A DNA stretch of 64,000 nt from Clostridia bacterium (GCA_017446155.1 JAFSRI010000053.1:170830-234829), one strand, 5' to 3'. Numbered from the stretch's first letter, positions 19,807 to 29,032 are shown. Notes: generated by a model from the sequence alone, not told the origin. Made by a program: numbers and translations.

Positions 19807-21012
19807 ATGAAAAAAGGTGAAGTTTTTGACTTTTATCGTGCAACGCTCGGTGAAATTGAGGATGCCGGCGTAAAGAAAAACGAGCGAATAATCACAACTC
19901 CTCAGTCGGCGCATATTTTTGCCGACGGAAAAGAACTTATAAATATGTGCGCAAACAACTACCTCGGCTTGGCAGATAACCCCGAGCTTGTCGAGGCGGC
20001 AAAGAAAGCGTATGACGAATACGGCTATGGGCTGGCGTCGGTGCGTTTTATCTGCGGCACGCAGAGCATACACAAAAAACTCGAAAAGAAAGTGTCGGAA
20101 TTTTTCGGCACTGAAGATACAATTCTTTATTCGTCGTGCTTTGACGCAAACGGGGGACTTTTTGAGGTGCTGCTGGGTAAAGAGGACGCGATAATCTCAG
20201 ATGAGCTCAATCACGCGTCGATCATCGACGGCGTTCGCCTTTGCAAGGCGCAGCGCTATCGCTATAAAAACAACGATATGGCTGACCTTGAAGCCAAACT
20301 CAAAGAAGCGGACGAGGCGGGCGCGCGCATAAAAATGATTGCCACTGACGGCGTTTTCTCAATGGATGGTATCATAGCAAACCTCAAAGGCGTATGCGAC
20401 CTCGCGGATAAATACGACGCGCTTGTAATGGTAGACGACTCGCACGCGTCGGGCTTTGTAGGCAAAACGGGACGCGGCGCCGTCGAGTATTGCGGCGTTG
20501 AGGGCAGAGTTGACGTTATAACCGGAACGTTCGGAAAGGCTCTCGGCGGAGCGTCGGGCGGCTTTACAACAGGTAGAAAAGCAATAATAGATCTTCTTCG
20601 TCAGCGCAGTCGACCTTATCTTTTCTCGAATACTCTCACCCCGGCTATCGCCGCGGGCACACTTGCCGCAATCGAGATGCTCGAAAAAGATACCTCTCGC
20701 AGAGATTATCTTGAAAGCATCGTCACCGACTATCGAAAAGCACTTGTAGACGCAGGGTTTGACGTAATACCCGGAACACATCCGTGTGTGCCCGTTATGT
20801 TCTATGACGAGCACCTCGCGGCTCGTATGGCGCAAAAACTGTATGAACTCGGAATTTACGCCGTATCGTTTACGTATCCCGTAGTGCCCAAGGGCAAGGC
20901 GCGCATTCGCACGCAGGTTTCCGCTGCCCACACAAAAGAAGATCTTGAATTTGCCGTGAAGTGCTTTATCGAGGCGCGCAGACAAATCGAGGAAGAAGAC
21001 AAAAATAACTGA
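19807..21012 (+). CDS. kbl: Glycine C-acetyltransferase (2-amino-3-ketobutyrate CoA ligase)
   Basis: 401 aa PLP-dependent alpha-oxoamine synthase family ([20 protein letters not shown]). It is paired with tdh. Confidence 0.9.
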   Translation: MKKGEVFDFYRATLGEIEDAGVKKNERIITTPQSAHIFADGKELINMCANNYLGLADNPELVEAAKKAYDEYGYGLASVRFICGTQSIHKKLEKKVSEFFGTEDTILYSSCFDANGGLFEVLLGKEDAIISDELNHASIIDGVRLCKAQRYRYKNNDMADLEAKLKEADEAGARIKMIATDGVFSMDGIIANLKGVCDLADKYDALVMVDDSHASGFVGKTGRGAVEYCGVEGRVDVITGTFGKALGGASGGFTTGRKAIIDLLRQRSRPYLFSNTLTPAIAAGTLAAIEMLEKDTSRRDYLESIVTDYRKALVDAGFDVIPGTHPCVPVMFYDEHLAARMAQKLYELGIYAVSFTYPVVPKGKARIRTQVSAAHTKEDLEFAVKCFIEARRQIEEEDKNN

Positions 21013-21025
21013 AAACCACGTTTTT

Positions 21026-21056
21026 GCGGGGTGCTATGCGCACCCCGCTTTTCTTT
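21026..21056 (+). terminator. Rho-independent terminator of tdh-kbl
   Basis: gcggggtgc / gcaccccgc hairpin followed by ttttcttt. Confidence 0.85.
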
Positions 21057-21063
21057 GTGATCG

Positions 21064-21188
21064 AAAACCAACCGCTATGCGGTGGTTTGAGATAGCTTGC
21101 TGTCGACAGACCATTCAGGGGGCTTGCAGCCCTGCCTGTACCAGTGGGTCACCCCCACAGAGCAAACCACCGGATTAGCCGGTGGTTA
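21064..21188. other. Structured GC-rich intergenic element: two near-identical hairpins flanking a 76-nt core
   Basis: Hairpin 1 spans 21065-21088 (AACC(A)ACCGC-UAU-GCGGUGGUU). Hairpin 2 spans 21165-21187 (AACCACCGG-AUUAG-CCGGUGGUU). The core contains the 10-bp palindrome CTGTCGACAG (21100-21109) and hairpins at 21116-21134 and 21144-21158. Segments 21080-21088 and 21164-21172 are also mutually complementary, which allows an alternative fold. Confidence 0.5.
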
Positions 21189-21447
21189 TGATTAAAAATG
21201 GCAAAAATCTATTCATTAAATCAACAATATCGATTTTTCGGGCGAAAAGCGTTTTCTGCTGTGTTATAGCAAAAAATGTCGGCGGTTAAAATTCGCCTGT
21301 CGACGATGAAAAACATAAAGCCGACGATGAAAAACTAAAAAACTTATAAATTATTATTATAATCAAAAATAAATCTATCATTGACTTTTGAATTGTAATA
21401 TGATATATTATTCAGCGTAAAAAATCGAAAGAGGAGAAAAACAAAAA

Positions 21448-22224
21448 ATGAAAAAATCGTTTAAGATTCTCGCAATAGGGAACAGTTTCAGCGTGGACGC
21501 CATGGAATATCTTTTCAGAGTTGCCGAAAGCGCCGGTGAAAAAAATATCGTTATCGGAAATCTTTATATACCGGGTTGCTCGCTTGATATACATTGGGGC
21601 AACATGTTGACGCATGCAAACGTATATCAATATTACAAAAATACGGACGGTCGGTGGAATTCGACGATGTGGCACACGCTTTATCGTGCGCTTGTCGACG
21701 AAGAGTGGGACGTCATTACTATGCAGCAAGCGAGCGGATACAGCGGCAAACCCGAAACGTATTCGCATCTTAAAGAGCTTGCCGAATATGTAAAAGAAAA
21801 CAAGCCCGCGTCGGCTAAACTTTTTTGGCATATGACATGGGCATATCAAGGCGATTCAAACCACGGTCATTTCGCTTTTTATGATAAAGACCAGATGAAA
21901 ATGTATAACTGCATCTGCGACGCGGTGAAAACGCAGGTGTTGCCTCTCGGATTGTTCGAGGGGGTCATTCCGTGCGGCACGACCGTGCAAAATATGAGAA
22001 CGGGCAGTTTGGGCGATACAATGACGCGCGACGGCTTCCATATGTCGTTGCCGGTCGGCAGATATGCAACGGCTGTTACATATTACTGCGCTGTCAAGGG
22101 TTGTCCGGCGGCAAACGTAAAAACAGACCTTACGGGACTTATCAGCCGAAAGATTCTTGGTGAAGTGAGAAAGAGTGTAGACGCCGCAATAGCGAATAAT
22201 TTTGAGGTAACTCCGCTTAAATAA
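21448..22224 (+). CDS. DUF4886-like / SGNH-like hydrolase domain protein
   Basis: 258 aa with N-terminal KILAIGNSFSVDAMEY. Strong RBS AGAGGAG. Candidate promoter TTGACT-17-TATATT at 21381-21409. Confidence 0.5.
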   Translation: MKKSFKILAIGNSFSVDAMEYLFRVAESAGEKNIVIGNLYIPGCSLDIHWGNMLTHANVYQYYKNTDGRWNSTMWHTLYRALVDEEWDVITMQQASGYSGKPETYSHLKELAEYVKENKPASAKLFWHMTWAYQGDSNHGHFAFYDKDQMKMYNCICDAVKTQVLPLGLFEGVIPCGTTVQNMRTGSLGDTMTRDGFHMSLPVGRYATAVTYYCAVKGCPAANVKTDLTGLISRKILGEVRKSVDAAIANNFEVTPLK

Positions 22225-22229
22225 CAAAT

Positions 22230-23657
22230 ATGTTAAAGAAATTCATAGGCACAAAACAGTTTTATAAAACAGTTATCGCCATCTCTTTGCCGATAATGAT
22301 TCAGAACGGTATCACAAACTTTGTCAATATGCTTGACAACGTCATGATCGGTTCCGTCGGAACGGTAGAGATGACGGGCGTGGCGATTGCAAACCAGATA
22401 ATTTTCGTGTTTAACCTCGCTGTTTTCGGCGCGCTTGCGGGCGCGGGAATATTCGGCGCACAATATCACGGAAACGGAGACGCCGAAGGCGTGAGAAACA
22501 CGTTCCGTTTTAAGATGATAATCTCGTTTGTAATCGTAGCTATGGGAGTTGCGCTCATGCTCATATTCGGGCGCGACCTCATATCTTTGTATCTCAAAGG
22601 CGAGGGGAATGCCGAAAACGCCGCAGCCTCTCTTGAATTCGGTTATGCGTATATGAAGATAATGCTTATAGGCTTTTTGCCTTATGCAATATCTCAGGCT
22701 TATGCAAGCACGTTGAGAGAAACCGGAGAAACGGTGCTGCCGATGCTGTCGGGGCTTTGCGCGGTGTTTGTAAACCTTATACTCAATTACATACTTATTT
22801 TCGGGCATTTCGGCGCGCCCGCGCTCGGAATAAAAGGCGCGGCGATAGCTACCGTGGCTTCGCGCTTCGTAGAGCTTGCGATAGTTACGATAAGGACTCA
22901 TGCTAAAAAAGATAAATATTTGTTTGCAATCGGACTTTACAAAACATTTAAAGTTCCGGATGTACTTGCAAAAGATATTTTAAAACACGGAATGCCTCTG
23001 TTATTGAACGAAGTTATGTGGGCAATGGGGATAGCGTTGATAAACCAAAGCTATTCCATTCGAGGATATGACGTCGTTGCGGCGACGAATATTTCAAGCA
23101 CGTTCTGGAATGTTATGAGCGTGGTGTTTATGTCGCTTGGAACGACTGTCGGCATCATCATCGGTCACCATCTCGGCGCGGGAGAAGTGGAGCAAGCGAA
23201 GGACAGCGACAGAAAATTGATTGCTTTTTCGGTGGCGACAGCTGTCGTTGTGGGAATTGTATTCGCATCACTGTCAAGTGTATTTCCGCTTCTTTATAAT
23301 ACTACGGATGAGATTCGCGCGATGGCGTCGAAGTTCATCATAGCATGCGCGGTGTTCATGCCTGTCGTTTCGTTCGGCCATGCGACGTATTTTACGCTGA
23401 GGGCCGGCGGTAAAACGTGGATAACAATTCTGTTTGACAGCGTGTTTGTGTGGGCGATAAACTTGCCGCTTGCGTTTTGTCTCAGCCGTTTTACGTCAAT
23501 GCCGATAGTGCCGCTTTACACTTGCTGTCAAGCGATAGATATAATAAAATGTATTATCGGCTATATCTTTGTTAAAAAAGGTATTTGGATAAACAACGTT
23601 GTAGGAAAAGACTTAACCTCAGCCGCTAAGCCTGCCGACGAAAACACGAAGGAATAA
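22230..23657 (+). CDS. MATE family efflux transporter
   Basis: 475 aa with 12-TM-like hydrophobicity. The N-terminus (VIAISLPIMIQNGITNFVNMLDNVMIG) is typical of MATE proteins. Confidence 0.85.
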   Translation: MLKKFIGTKQFYKTVIAISLPIMIQNGITNFVNMLDNVMIGSVGTVEMTGVAIANQIIFVFNLAVFGALAGAGIFGAQYHGNGDAEGVRNTFRFKMIISFVIVAMGVALMLIFGRDLISLYLKGEGNAENAAASLEFGYAYMKIMLIGFLPYAISQAYASTLRETGETVLPMLSGLCAVFVNLILNYILIFGHFGAPALGIKGAAIATVASRFVELAIVTIRTHAKKDKYLFAIGLYKTFKVPDVLAKDILKHGMPLLLNEVMWAMGIALINQSYSIRGYDVVAATNISSTFWNVMSVVFMSLGTTVGIIIGHHLGAGEVEQAKDSDRKLIAFSVATAVVVGIVFASLSSVFPLLYNTTDEIRAMASKFIIACAVFMPVVSFGHATYFTLRAGGKTWITILFDSVFVWAINLPLAFCLSRFTSMPIVPLYTCCQAIDIIKCIIGYIFVKKGIWINNVVGKDLTSAAKPADENTKE

Positions 23658-23665
23658 TCAATAAA

Positions 23666-23700
23666 ACCGTTTTCGCTTTTGCGAGACGGTTTTTTGTTTT
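23666..23700 (+). terminator. Rho-independent terminator
   Basis: accgttttcgc / gcgagacggt hairpin with a T-run at 23691-23700. Confidence 0.8.
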
Positions 23701-23889
23701 TGATTTATTATAAAAACCGAAAATTCATATTTAAAAGAGAGATAAACACTGTTCCGCCGATCCGGTTTTAAATTTCCATTTACTACGATTAAATAAACAA
23801 AAGGTTTTTTATGTATTGAAAAAACTTATTACAATGTCGGTTTTTAATTGAAACGGAGCAGTTTCGGCAAACAAAGATAATAAATAATA

Positions 23890-23918
23890 TTGACAAGCAA
23901 TATTTTTTCGGGTATAAT
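23890..23918 (+). promoter_or_regulatory. Consensus sigma-A promoter
   Basis: TTGACA (23890-23895), 17 nt spacer, TATAAT (23913-23918). Confidence 0.75.
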
Positions 23919-23957
23919 TTTTATAATAAAAACATAAAGTGTTACGGAGATATACAC

Positions 23958-24056
23958 ATGAGAAAAAAGAGAATACTGAGAATATTGACGCTCGGCCTTG
24001 TGGGGCTTATGCTTATAAGTGCGGTTGTCGGCGCATTGATTTATCTTTTTGCCTGA
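23958..24056 (+). CDS. Unlisted 32-aa small membrane peptide
   Basis: MRKKRILRILTLGLVGLMLISAVVGALIYLFA. ACGGAGA RBS lies 7 nt upstream. It sits between a consensus promoter and a terminator. It is too short for the supplied ORF track. Confidence 0.5.
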   Translation: MRKKRILRILTLGLVGLMLISAVVGALIYLFA

Positions 24057-24098
24057 AAATCCTTTAAAGCGATATGGCGGGTTATTTTCCGATACATC

Positions 24099-24123
24099 GC
24101 CCGACGGTACCGTCGGGCTTTTT
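24099..24123 (+). terminator. Rho-independent terminator of the small-peptide unit
   Basis: gcccgacgg-tac-cgtcgggc hairpin followed by TTTTT. Confidence 0.8.
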
Positions 24124-24263
24124 GAATGTGATTAAGTCGATATGACTGAGGCAATATGTCAAAACACAGGCGAGGTAAAGTCGACTAAAAGAACAAGATT
24201 TCTTCTTTTTACTCATAAAAGAGATAAACGAAATATAAAGCGTTAAAAATGAGCATAAAACGG

Positions 24264-24325
24264 ATAAAAAAATCCCCACGTTTGCGATAGAAAAACTATC
24301 GTAAATCAGGGGATTTGATTTTTTT
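24264..24325. terminator. Nested-hairpin bidirectional terminator ending the minus-strand AlaX/MnmM/DUF523 operon
   Basis: aaatcccc (24270-24277) pairs with ggggattt (24309-24316). An inner stem pairs cgatag with ctatcg. A-runs and T-runs flank it on both sides. Confidence 0.7.
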
Positions 24326-24363
24326 GCGCAAATCTGATCCATTGCATGACAGAAAAAAACTAT

Positions 24364-24807
24364 TTACAAAAGCATAAATACTTTGCTTTCACCGAACACC
24401 TCGATGTTTTCTTTAAGTAACATGTCAACCGTTACTCCGTTGCCGCGTATCAATGTGTTTGTAAATGTTCCGTCATATACGGTGCCCGCGCCGCAGGAGG
24501 GGCTGCGCTCTTTCAGCAGAGCTGTTTTTATATCATATTTTTTTGCGAGCGCAAGCGCCTCCTCGGCGCCGCGTCGATAGTTTGATGTAACGTCAACCCC
24601 TTGCGCGTTGACGACGCGGGCGCCTTGGCGTTCCGAAGGAACGCGCGGCGCGGGCAAACCGCCCATCATCTCAGGGCAAATTGGTATAAGCGTATATTTT
24701 TCATTCAGTTTTTTAAGCGTATCATCGGACATCGGCTTGCTTTTGCCGTCATAACGGCACGGCGTGCCCAAAAGACATGCGCTTATAAGTAAATAAGGCT
24801 TAATCAT
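24364..24807 (-). CDS. DUF523 family protein (TudS-like thiouracil desulfidase family)
   Basis: 147 aa. The motifs SACLLGTPCRYDG, ICPE and SPSCG match the Cys pattern of DUF523 [4Fe-4S] proteins. Confidence 0.75.
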   Translation of the reverse strand: MIKPYLLISACLLGTPCRYDGKSKPMSDDTLKKLNEKYTLIPICPEMMGGLPAPRVPSERQGARVVNAQGVDVTSNYRRGAEEALALAKKYDIKTALLKERSPSCGAGTVYDGTFTNTLIRGNGVTVDMLLKENIEVFGESKVFMLL

Positions 24808-25352
24808 TTTTTCTCAACAAGATAAAAGAACGGCGACGACGGTGAATTGACGATATGAAATTCCGAGCAGCATATTTTGCGCCTGTCGTAATCTTTTAAC
24901 ATTTCGCGTATCATGTTTCCCTCTATCGTCCCTTCTTCGTGTCCGGGATATACGGCAATAAGCAGTGCGCCGTCGTCACATAAGAGCTCAATTCCCGCCT
25001 TTATCGCCGCGAGGGAAGACTCATGTTTTGTTGTAATTGACTTGTCTCCGCCGGGAAGAAACCCGAGGTTGAACATTCCCACGCATATTTGCTCTTTAAC
25101 ATATTCTTTTATGTTTGCGTGCGAGTCAAGTATCAGAGTTGCATTTGTTATTCCGTTTTCGTCGAGCAGTGCTTTTGTGCTTTCAAGTGCCTGCGTCTGA
25201 ATGTCAAAAGCGTAAACGCGCCCGTTTTCACCTATTTGTTGCGCCAGCCACAGCGTGTCGTGCCCGTTTCCCATTGTAAAATCCACGGCGACGCCGTCTT
25301 TTTTTATGTGCGGCGATATAAATGCTTTTTCGGTTTGAAGCAGATCAATCAT
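24804..25352 (-). CDS. mnmM: SAM-dependent methyltransferase, YtqB/MnmM family
   Basis: 182 aa, close to my recollection of B. subtilis YtqB. VDFTMGNGHDT matches IDATMGNGHDT. NGRVYAFDIQ and FNLGFLPGGDKSITT are also shared. Confidence 0.8.
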   Translation of the reverse strand: MIDLLQTEKAFISPHIKKDGVAVDFTMGNGHDTLWLAQQIGENGRVYAFDIQTQALESTKALLDENGITNATLILDSHANIKEYVKEQICVGMFNLGFLPGGDKSITTKHESSLAAIKAGIELLCDDGALLIAVYPGHEEGTIEGNMIREMLKDYDRRKICCSEFHIVNSPSSPFFYLVEKK

Positions 25353-25355
25353 GTG

Positions 25356-26504
25356 TCATATCTCCTCAAAAAATATGATTATTTCATCTTTTTTTGCTGT
25401 TGCTCTGCCCGAAAGCATAGCGTCCGAGCCTCCGCATTTGCCGCGGCAAGCGGTCGATATATCACTTGCAATCGCCCTCAAAGCGACGGTTTTTGAAGCT
25501 ATCACCATCAAATATCCGTTTGTGTCATCGCCCGAAAAAGCGGCGAAAATTTTACATTTTTCGGCGCATAAATTGCACATTTCGCGCAAATCAGCCATGT
25601 CGAGCCCGTCTTTAAAAAAGCAAACGTTCTTCTTTGTCGTCAAAATATCCTCGGCATATTTTTGAATAAGCTCTTTTTTCAGCACCGTGTTTTTATATTT
25701 CAGTGCGTCGTTTTGAGCTGTCAAGTCTTTCACCCCGCGCACGGTTTCACTTTGCGGAACGCATAGTAAATGAGATATTTCTTCTTCGCGCGCTATTCTT
25801 TGCTTGAAATCGTCGAGCGCATCAAGACCGCACAACATCCTAATGCGTATACCGCCCTTATATCTTATAAACCCGAGTATCTTGATTATTCCGATCTGCC
25901 CCGTGCGACTGACGTGCGGCGCACAGCATGCGCATTTGTCAACGCCGTCAATTTCAACGATTCTTACTTTTCCCTCTACCTCGCCTTTGCTCCTGTATTC
26001 GATTGCGTCAAGTTCATTTTCCGTCGGATAATACGTCCTCACCGAAACGTTTTCGCAAACGATACGATTTGCTTCTTTTTCAACTTGCGCCATTTGTTCT
26101 TTCGTAATTTCGCCGTCAAAGTCAAACGTCATCTCGTCTTTGCCCAAGTGAAATCCGACGTTGTTAAAACCGAAGCGGCGGTGCATTATCGACGAAACGA
26201 TATGCTCCCCGGTGTGATTTTGCATCTTGCGAAACCGCTGTTCAAATTCCACTTCACACAAAACTTCTTTTCTTTCGGTTATCGGCTCGGTTGAAATATG
26301 TACTATCCTATCCCCGTCGTATTGCGTGTCAAGAATATTCACCCCGTCGATCGTTCCGCTGTCACCGAATTGCCCGCCGCTTTCGGGAAAGAAAGCGGTT
26401 TTGTCAAGCTCTGTTAAAAATTTTTCTCCGCGTTTTTCACACTTTATGACGTTTGCTTTAAAGTTAAACAAAAACGCGTCATTATCATATAATTTTTCTG
26501 TCAT
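25356..26504 (-). CDS. alaX: AlaX-L type alanyl-tRNA editing protein (AlaRS editing domain plus DHHA1-like C-terminus)
   Basis: Contains HTGEH and CCAPHV zinc-binding editing motifs and the FPESGGQ motif. Confidence 0.8.
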   Translation of the reverse strand: MTEKLYDNDAFLFNFKANVIKCEKRGEKFLTELDKTAFFPESGGQFGDSGTIDGVNILDTQYDGDRIVHISTEPITERKEVLCEVEFEQRFRKMQNHTGEHIVSSIMHRRFGFNNVGFHLGKDEMTFDFDGEITKEQMAQVEKEANRIVCENVSVRTYYPTENELDAIEYRSKGEVEGKVRIVEIDGVDKCACCAPHVSRTGQIGIIKILGFIRYKGGIRIRMLCGLDALDDFKQRIAREEEISHLLCVPQSETVRGVKDLTAQNDALKYKNTVLKKELIQKYAEDILTTKKNVCFFKDGLDMADLREMCNLCAEKCKIFAAFSGDDTNGYLMVIASKTVALRAIASDISTACRGKCGGSDAMLSGRATAKKDEIIIFFEEI

Positions 26505-26696
26505 ACGGCACCTCGTGTTCTTTATGAATTTATTATATCATCATTTAACGGAAATCACAATAAAAATAATAATTTTTAATATATCGAAAAAACAAAACAG
26601 TTTTTCTTGTCGATTTTTTAGACAGGCGAATTGCAATTAAGTAAGCGGCGCGACATTTGTTTTTGCGAAAATATTTACAAAAACCTGAATTTGCTA

Positions 26697-26725
26697 TTGA
26701 CAAATCGCACAAAAAACGTTATATT
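26697..26725 (+). promoter_or_regulatory. Promoter of the thrS leader
   Basis: TTGACA (26697-26702), 17 nt spacer, TATATT (26720-26725). Confidence 0.65.
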
Positions 26726-26734
26726 ATATATGTT

Positions 26735-26975
26735 AATAAAACAAAAATGCGATCGTAGGGACATGTTACTTTCACAATATGCCACAGAGAGAAGCGCCTT
26801 GGCTGGAAGCGCTTTGCGGAAGGTGAATGTTGATACCGCCCTGACGGCACGGCGAAGGAAATGGCGCCGCGGGAGCCGCCCGTTAAAGCGGCTGAGAGTT
26901 AAACAGCTCGAGTGGAACCGTGCGATGCACCTCGACGCCCTTTTGCGGGCAGAGGGGCATTTTTTGTTTTTAGAA
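26735..26975 (+). promoter_or_regulatory. T-box riboswitch leader, threonine-specific
   Basis: AGAGA plus GCGCCUUGGCUGGAAGCGC stem I distal elements. The candidate specifier is ACC at 26835-26837. The T-box sequence is GAGUGGAACCGUGCG (about 26909-26924). A terminator helix at 26922-26960 (AUGCACCUC...GAGGGGCAU) is followed by UUUUUUGUUUUU. Confidence 0.85.
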
Positions 26976-26998
26976 ATAATCGAAAGGATATATTTATT

Positions 26999-28939
26999 AT
27001 GTTAATTAAAATCAACGGCGAACAGTATTCCCTTGAGGGCGAAAAGTTTTCTGCTTATGAAGCGGCCAAATCCGCAGGCGTCGAAGTGACGCGCGACATT
27101 ATTGCGTCTGAGATCAACGGCGAAGCGCATGATCTTTCGGCGGAGGTTCACGACGGTGACGATGTGCGCCTTCTCACATTCGCAGACGAAGGCGGAAGAA
27201 AAACGTTCTTCCATACCGCTTCTCATATTATGGCGCAAGCCGTAAAGCGCCTTTACCCGGAAACAAAACTTACAATCGGTCCAGCCATCAGCGACGGCTT
27301 CTACTATGACTTTGACTCCCCCATATCGTTCGGCACGGCGGAGCTTGAAAAAATCGAAGCCGAAATGAAAAAGATAGTTAAAGAAAATCTCCGTATCGAG
27401 CGTTTCACGCTCCCGCGTGACGAAGCTGTAAAACTCATGGAAGAAAAAGACGAGCCGTATAAGGTGCTCCTTGTTGGCAGAGTGCCCGATGGAGAGGAAA
27501 TTTCGTTCTACAAACAGGGCGAGTTTACCGACCTTTGCGCAGGTCCGCATCTTTTCTCGACGGGCGCCGTAAAGGCGTTTAAGCTAACGCAATGTACGGG
27601 CGCTTACTGGGAAGGCAACGCCTCAAATAAACAGCTTCAACGCATATACGGCACGGCTTTCCCGACAAAAGACGAGCTGAACGCATATCTTGCTCAACAG
27701 GAAGAAGCGAGAAAGCGCGACCATAATAAAATCGGCCGCGAGATGGGGTTCTTTACAACGGTAGACGTTATCGGACAGGGACTTCCGATACTCCTGCCGA
27801 AAGGCGCGAGAGTTATTCAGACGCTTCAAAGATTTGTCGAGGACGAGGAAGAGAAGCGAGGCTGGCTGCTTACAAAGACGCCGTATATGGCAAAGAGAGA
27901 ACTCTATAAAATCTCAGGCCACTGGGATCATTACCTCGACGGTATGTTCGTTTTAGGTGATCCTAACGACTATACAAAAGATTGCTTCGCACTCCGCCCG
28001 ATGACATGCCCGTTCCAATATCAGGCATATCTTAACAAGGCGAGAAGCTACCGCGACCTGCCGCTCAGATACAACGAAACGTCAACTCTTTTCCGCAACG
28101 AAGACAGCGGAGAAATGCACGGACTTATAAGAGTAAGACAGTTCACTATCTCCGAAGGTCACCTTATGTGCACGCCCGAACAGCTTGAAGAAGAGTTCAA
28201 AAACTGCCTTGATCTTGCCATGTTCATGCTCAAAACAGTAGGGCTTTACGAGGATGTTTCGTTCCGCTTCTCTCAGTGGGATCCGAATGACCGTGAAAAG
28301 TATATCGGCACACCCGAAGATTGGGACAGTGCACAGGGAACGATGAAACGTATTCTCGACGATCTTGGCGTAAAATACAAGATCGGTATCGGCGAGGCGG
28401 CGTTCTACGGTCCGAAGCTCGACATTCAGATAAAGAACGTTTTCGGTAAAGAAGATACGCTGATTACGATTCAGATTGATCAGTTCATCGCGGAGAAATT
28501 CGGCATGGAATACGTTGACCGCGACGGCACAAAGAAACGTCCGTATATCATTCACCGCACGTCTATCGGATGCTATGAAAGAACACTTGCGCTGCTCATC
28601 GAAAAATATGCCGGCGCACTTCCGTTGTGGCTCTCGCCCACACAGGTAAAGATTTTGCCTATCTCCGACACTTATCTCGATTATGCGGATTCGCTTGCTG
28701 CAAAATACAGAGCGGCGGGACTGAGAGTCGAGGTCGACGCGAGAAGCGAGAAGATCGGCTACAAGATAAGAGAAGCTCAGCTTGAAAAGGTTCCTTATAT
28801 GCTTATAGTAGGTGAGAAGGAAGCGGCTGACGGGCTCGTTTCCGTTCGTTCGAGAAGCGAGGGCGAGCTTGGGCAAATGTCTGTCGACGACTTCTGCAAG
28901 AAAGCCGTAGAAGAAAAAGTAAATCGCGTAAACAAGTGA
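26999..28939 (+). CDS. thrS: Threonine--tRNA ligase
   Basis: 646 aa. It has a TGS domain start (MLIKINGEQY), the editing motif HTASH, and class II core motifs (FRNEDSGEMHGLIRVRQF, GPKLD). I set the start at 26999 because the track's upstream extension covers the T-box terminator. Confidence 0.95.
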   Translation: MLIKINGEQYSLEGEKFSAYEAAKSAGVEVTRDIIASEINGEAHDLSAEVHDGDDVRLLTFADEGGRKTFFHTASHIMAQAVKRLYPETKLTIGPAISDGFYYDFDSPISFGTAELEKIEAEMKKIVKENLRIERFTLPRDEAVKLMEEKDEPYKVLLVGRVPDGEEISFYKQGEFTDLCAGPHLFSTGAVKAFKLTQCTGAYWEGNASNKQLQRIYGTAFPTKDELNAYLAQQEEARKRDHNKIGREMGFFTTVDVIGQGLPILLPKGARVIQTLQRFVEDEEEKRGWLLTKTPYMAKRELYKISGHWDHYLDGMFVLGDPNDYTKDCFALRPMTCPFQYQAYLNKARSYRDLPLRYNETSTLFRNEDSGEMHGLIRVRQFTISEGHLMCTPEQLEEEFKNCLDLAMFMLKTVGLYEDVSFRFSQWDPNDREKYIGTPEDWDSAQGTMKRILDDLGVKYKIGIGEAAFYGPKLDIQIKNVFGKEDTLITIQIDQFIAEKFGMEYVDRDGTKKRPYIIHRTSIGCYERTLALLIEKYAGALPLWLSPTQVKILPISDTYLDYADSLAAKYRAAGLRVEVDARSEKIGYKIREAQLEKVPYMLIVGEKEAADGLVSVRSRSEGELGQMSVDDFCKKAVEEKVNRVNK

Positions 28940-28948
28940 TAAAACGAC

Positions 28949-28980
28949 AAAATCCCCATTGGGTATCCAATGGGGATTTT
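28949..28980 (+). terminator. Rho-independent terminator of thrS
   Basis: aaaatccccattgg-gtat-ccaatggggatttt. Confidence 0.85.
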
Positions 28981-29032
28981 GCAGATGTTGTCTGCATTTT
29001 CAAGATATTATACTTATGTATAAGGAGTTGCC

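Noticed and set aside
21307-21339. 10-codon mini-ORF (MKNIKPTMKN) created by the 14-nt direct repeat.
   Set aside because: There is no SD sequence. The repeat is more simply interpreted as DNA binding sites.
24082-24342. 86-aa minus-strand ORF downstream of the DUF523 gene.
   Set aside because: It has no RBS. It contains the nested terminator at 24264-24325 and runs into the plus-strand terminator at 24099-24123. Its hydrophobic look follows from the AT-rich sequence.
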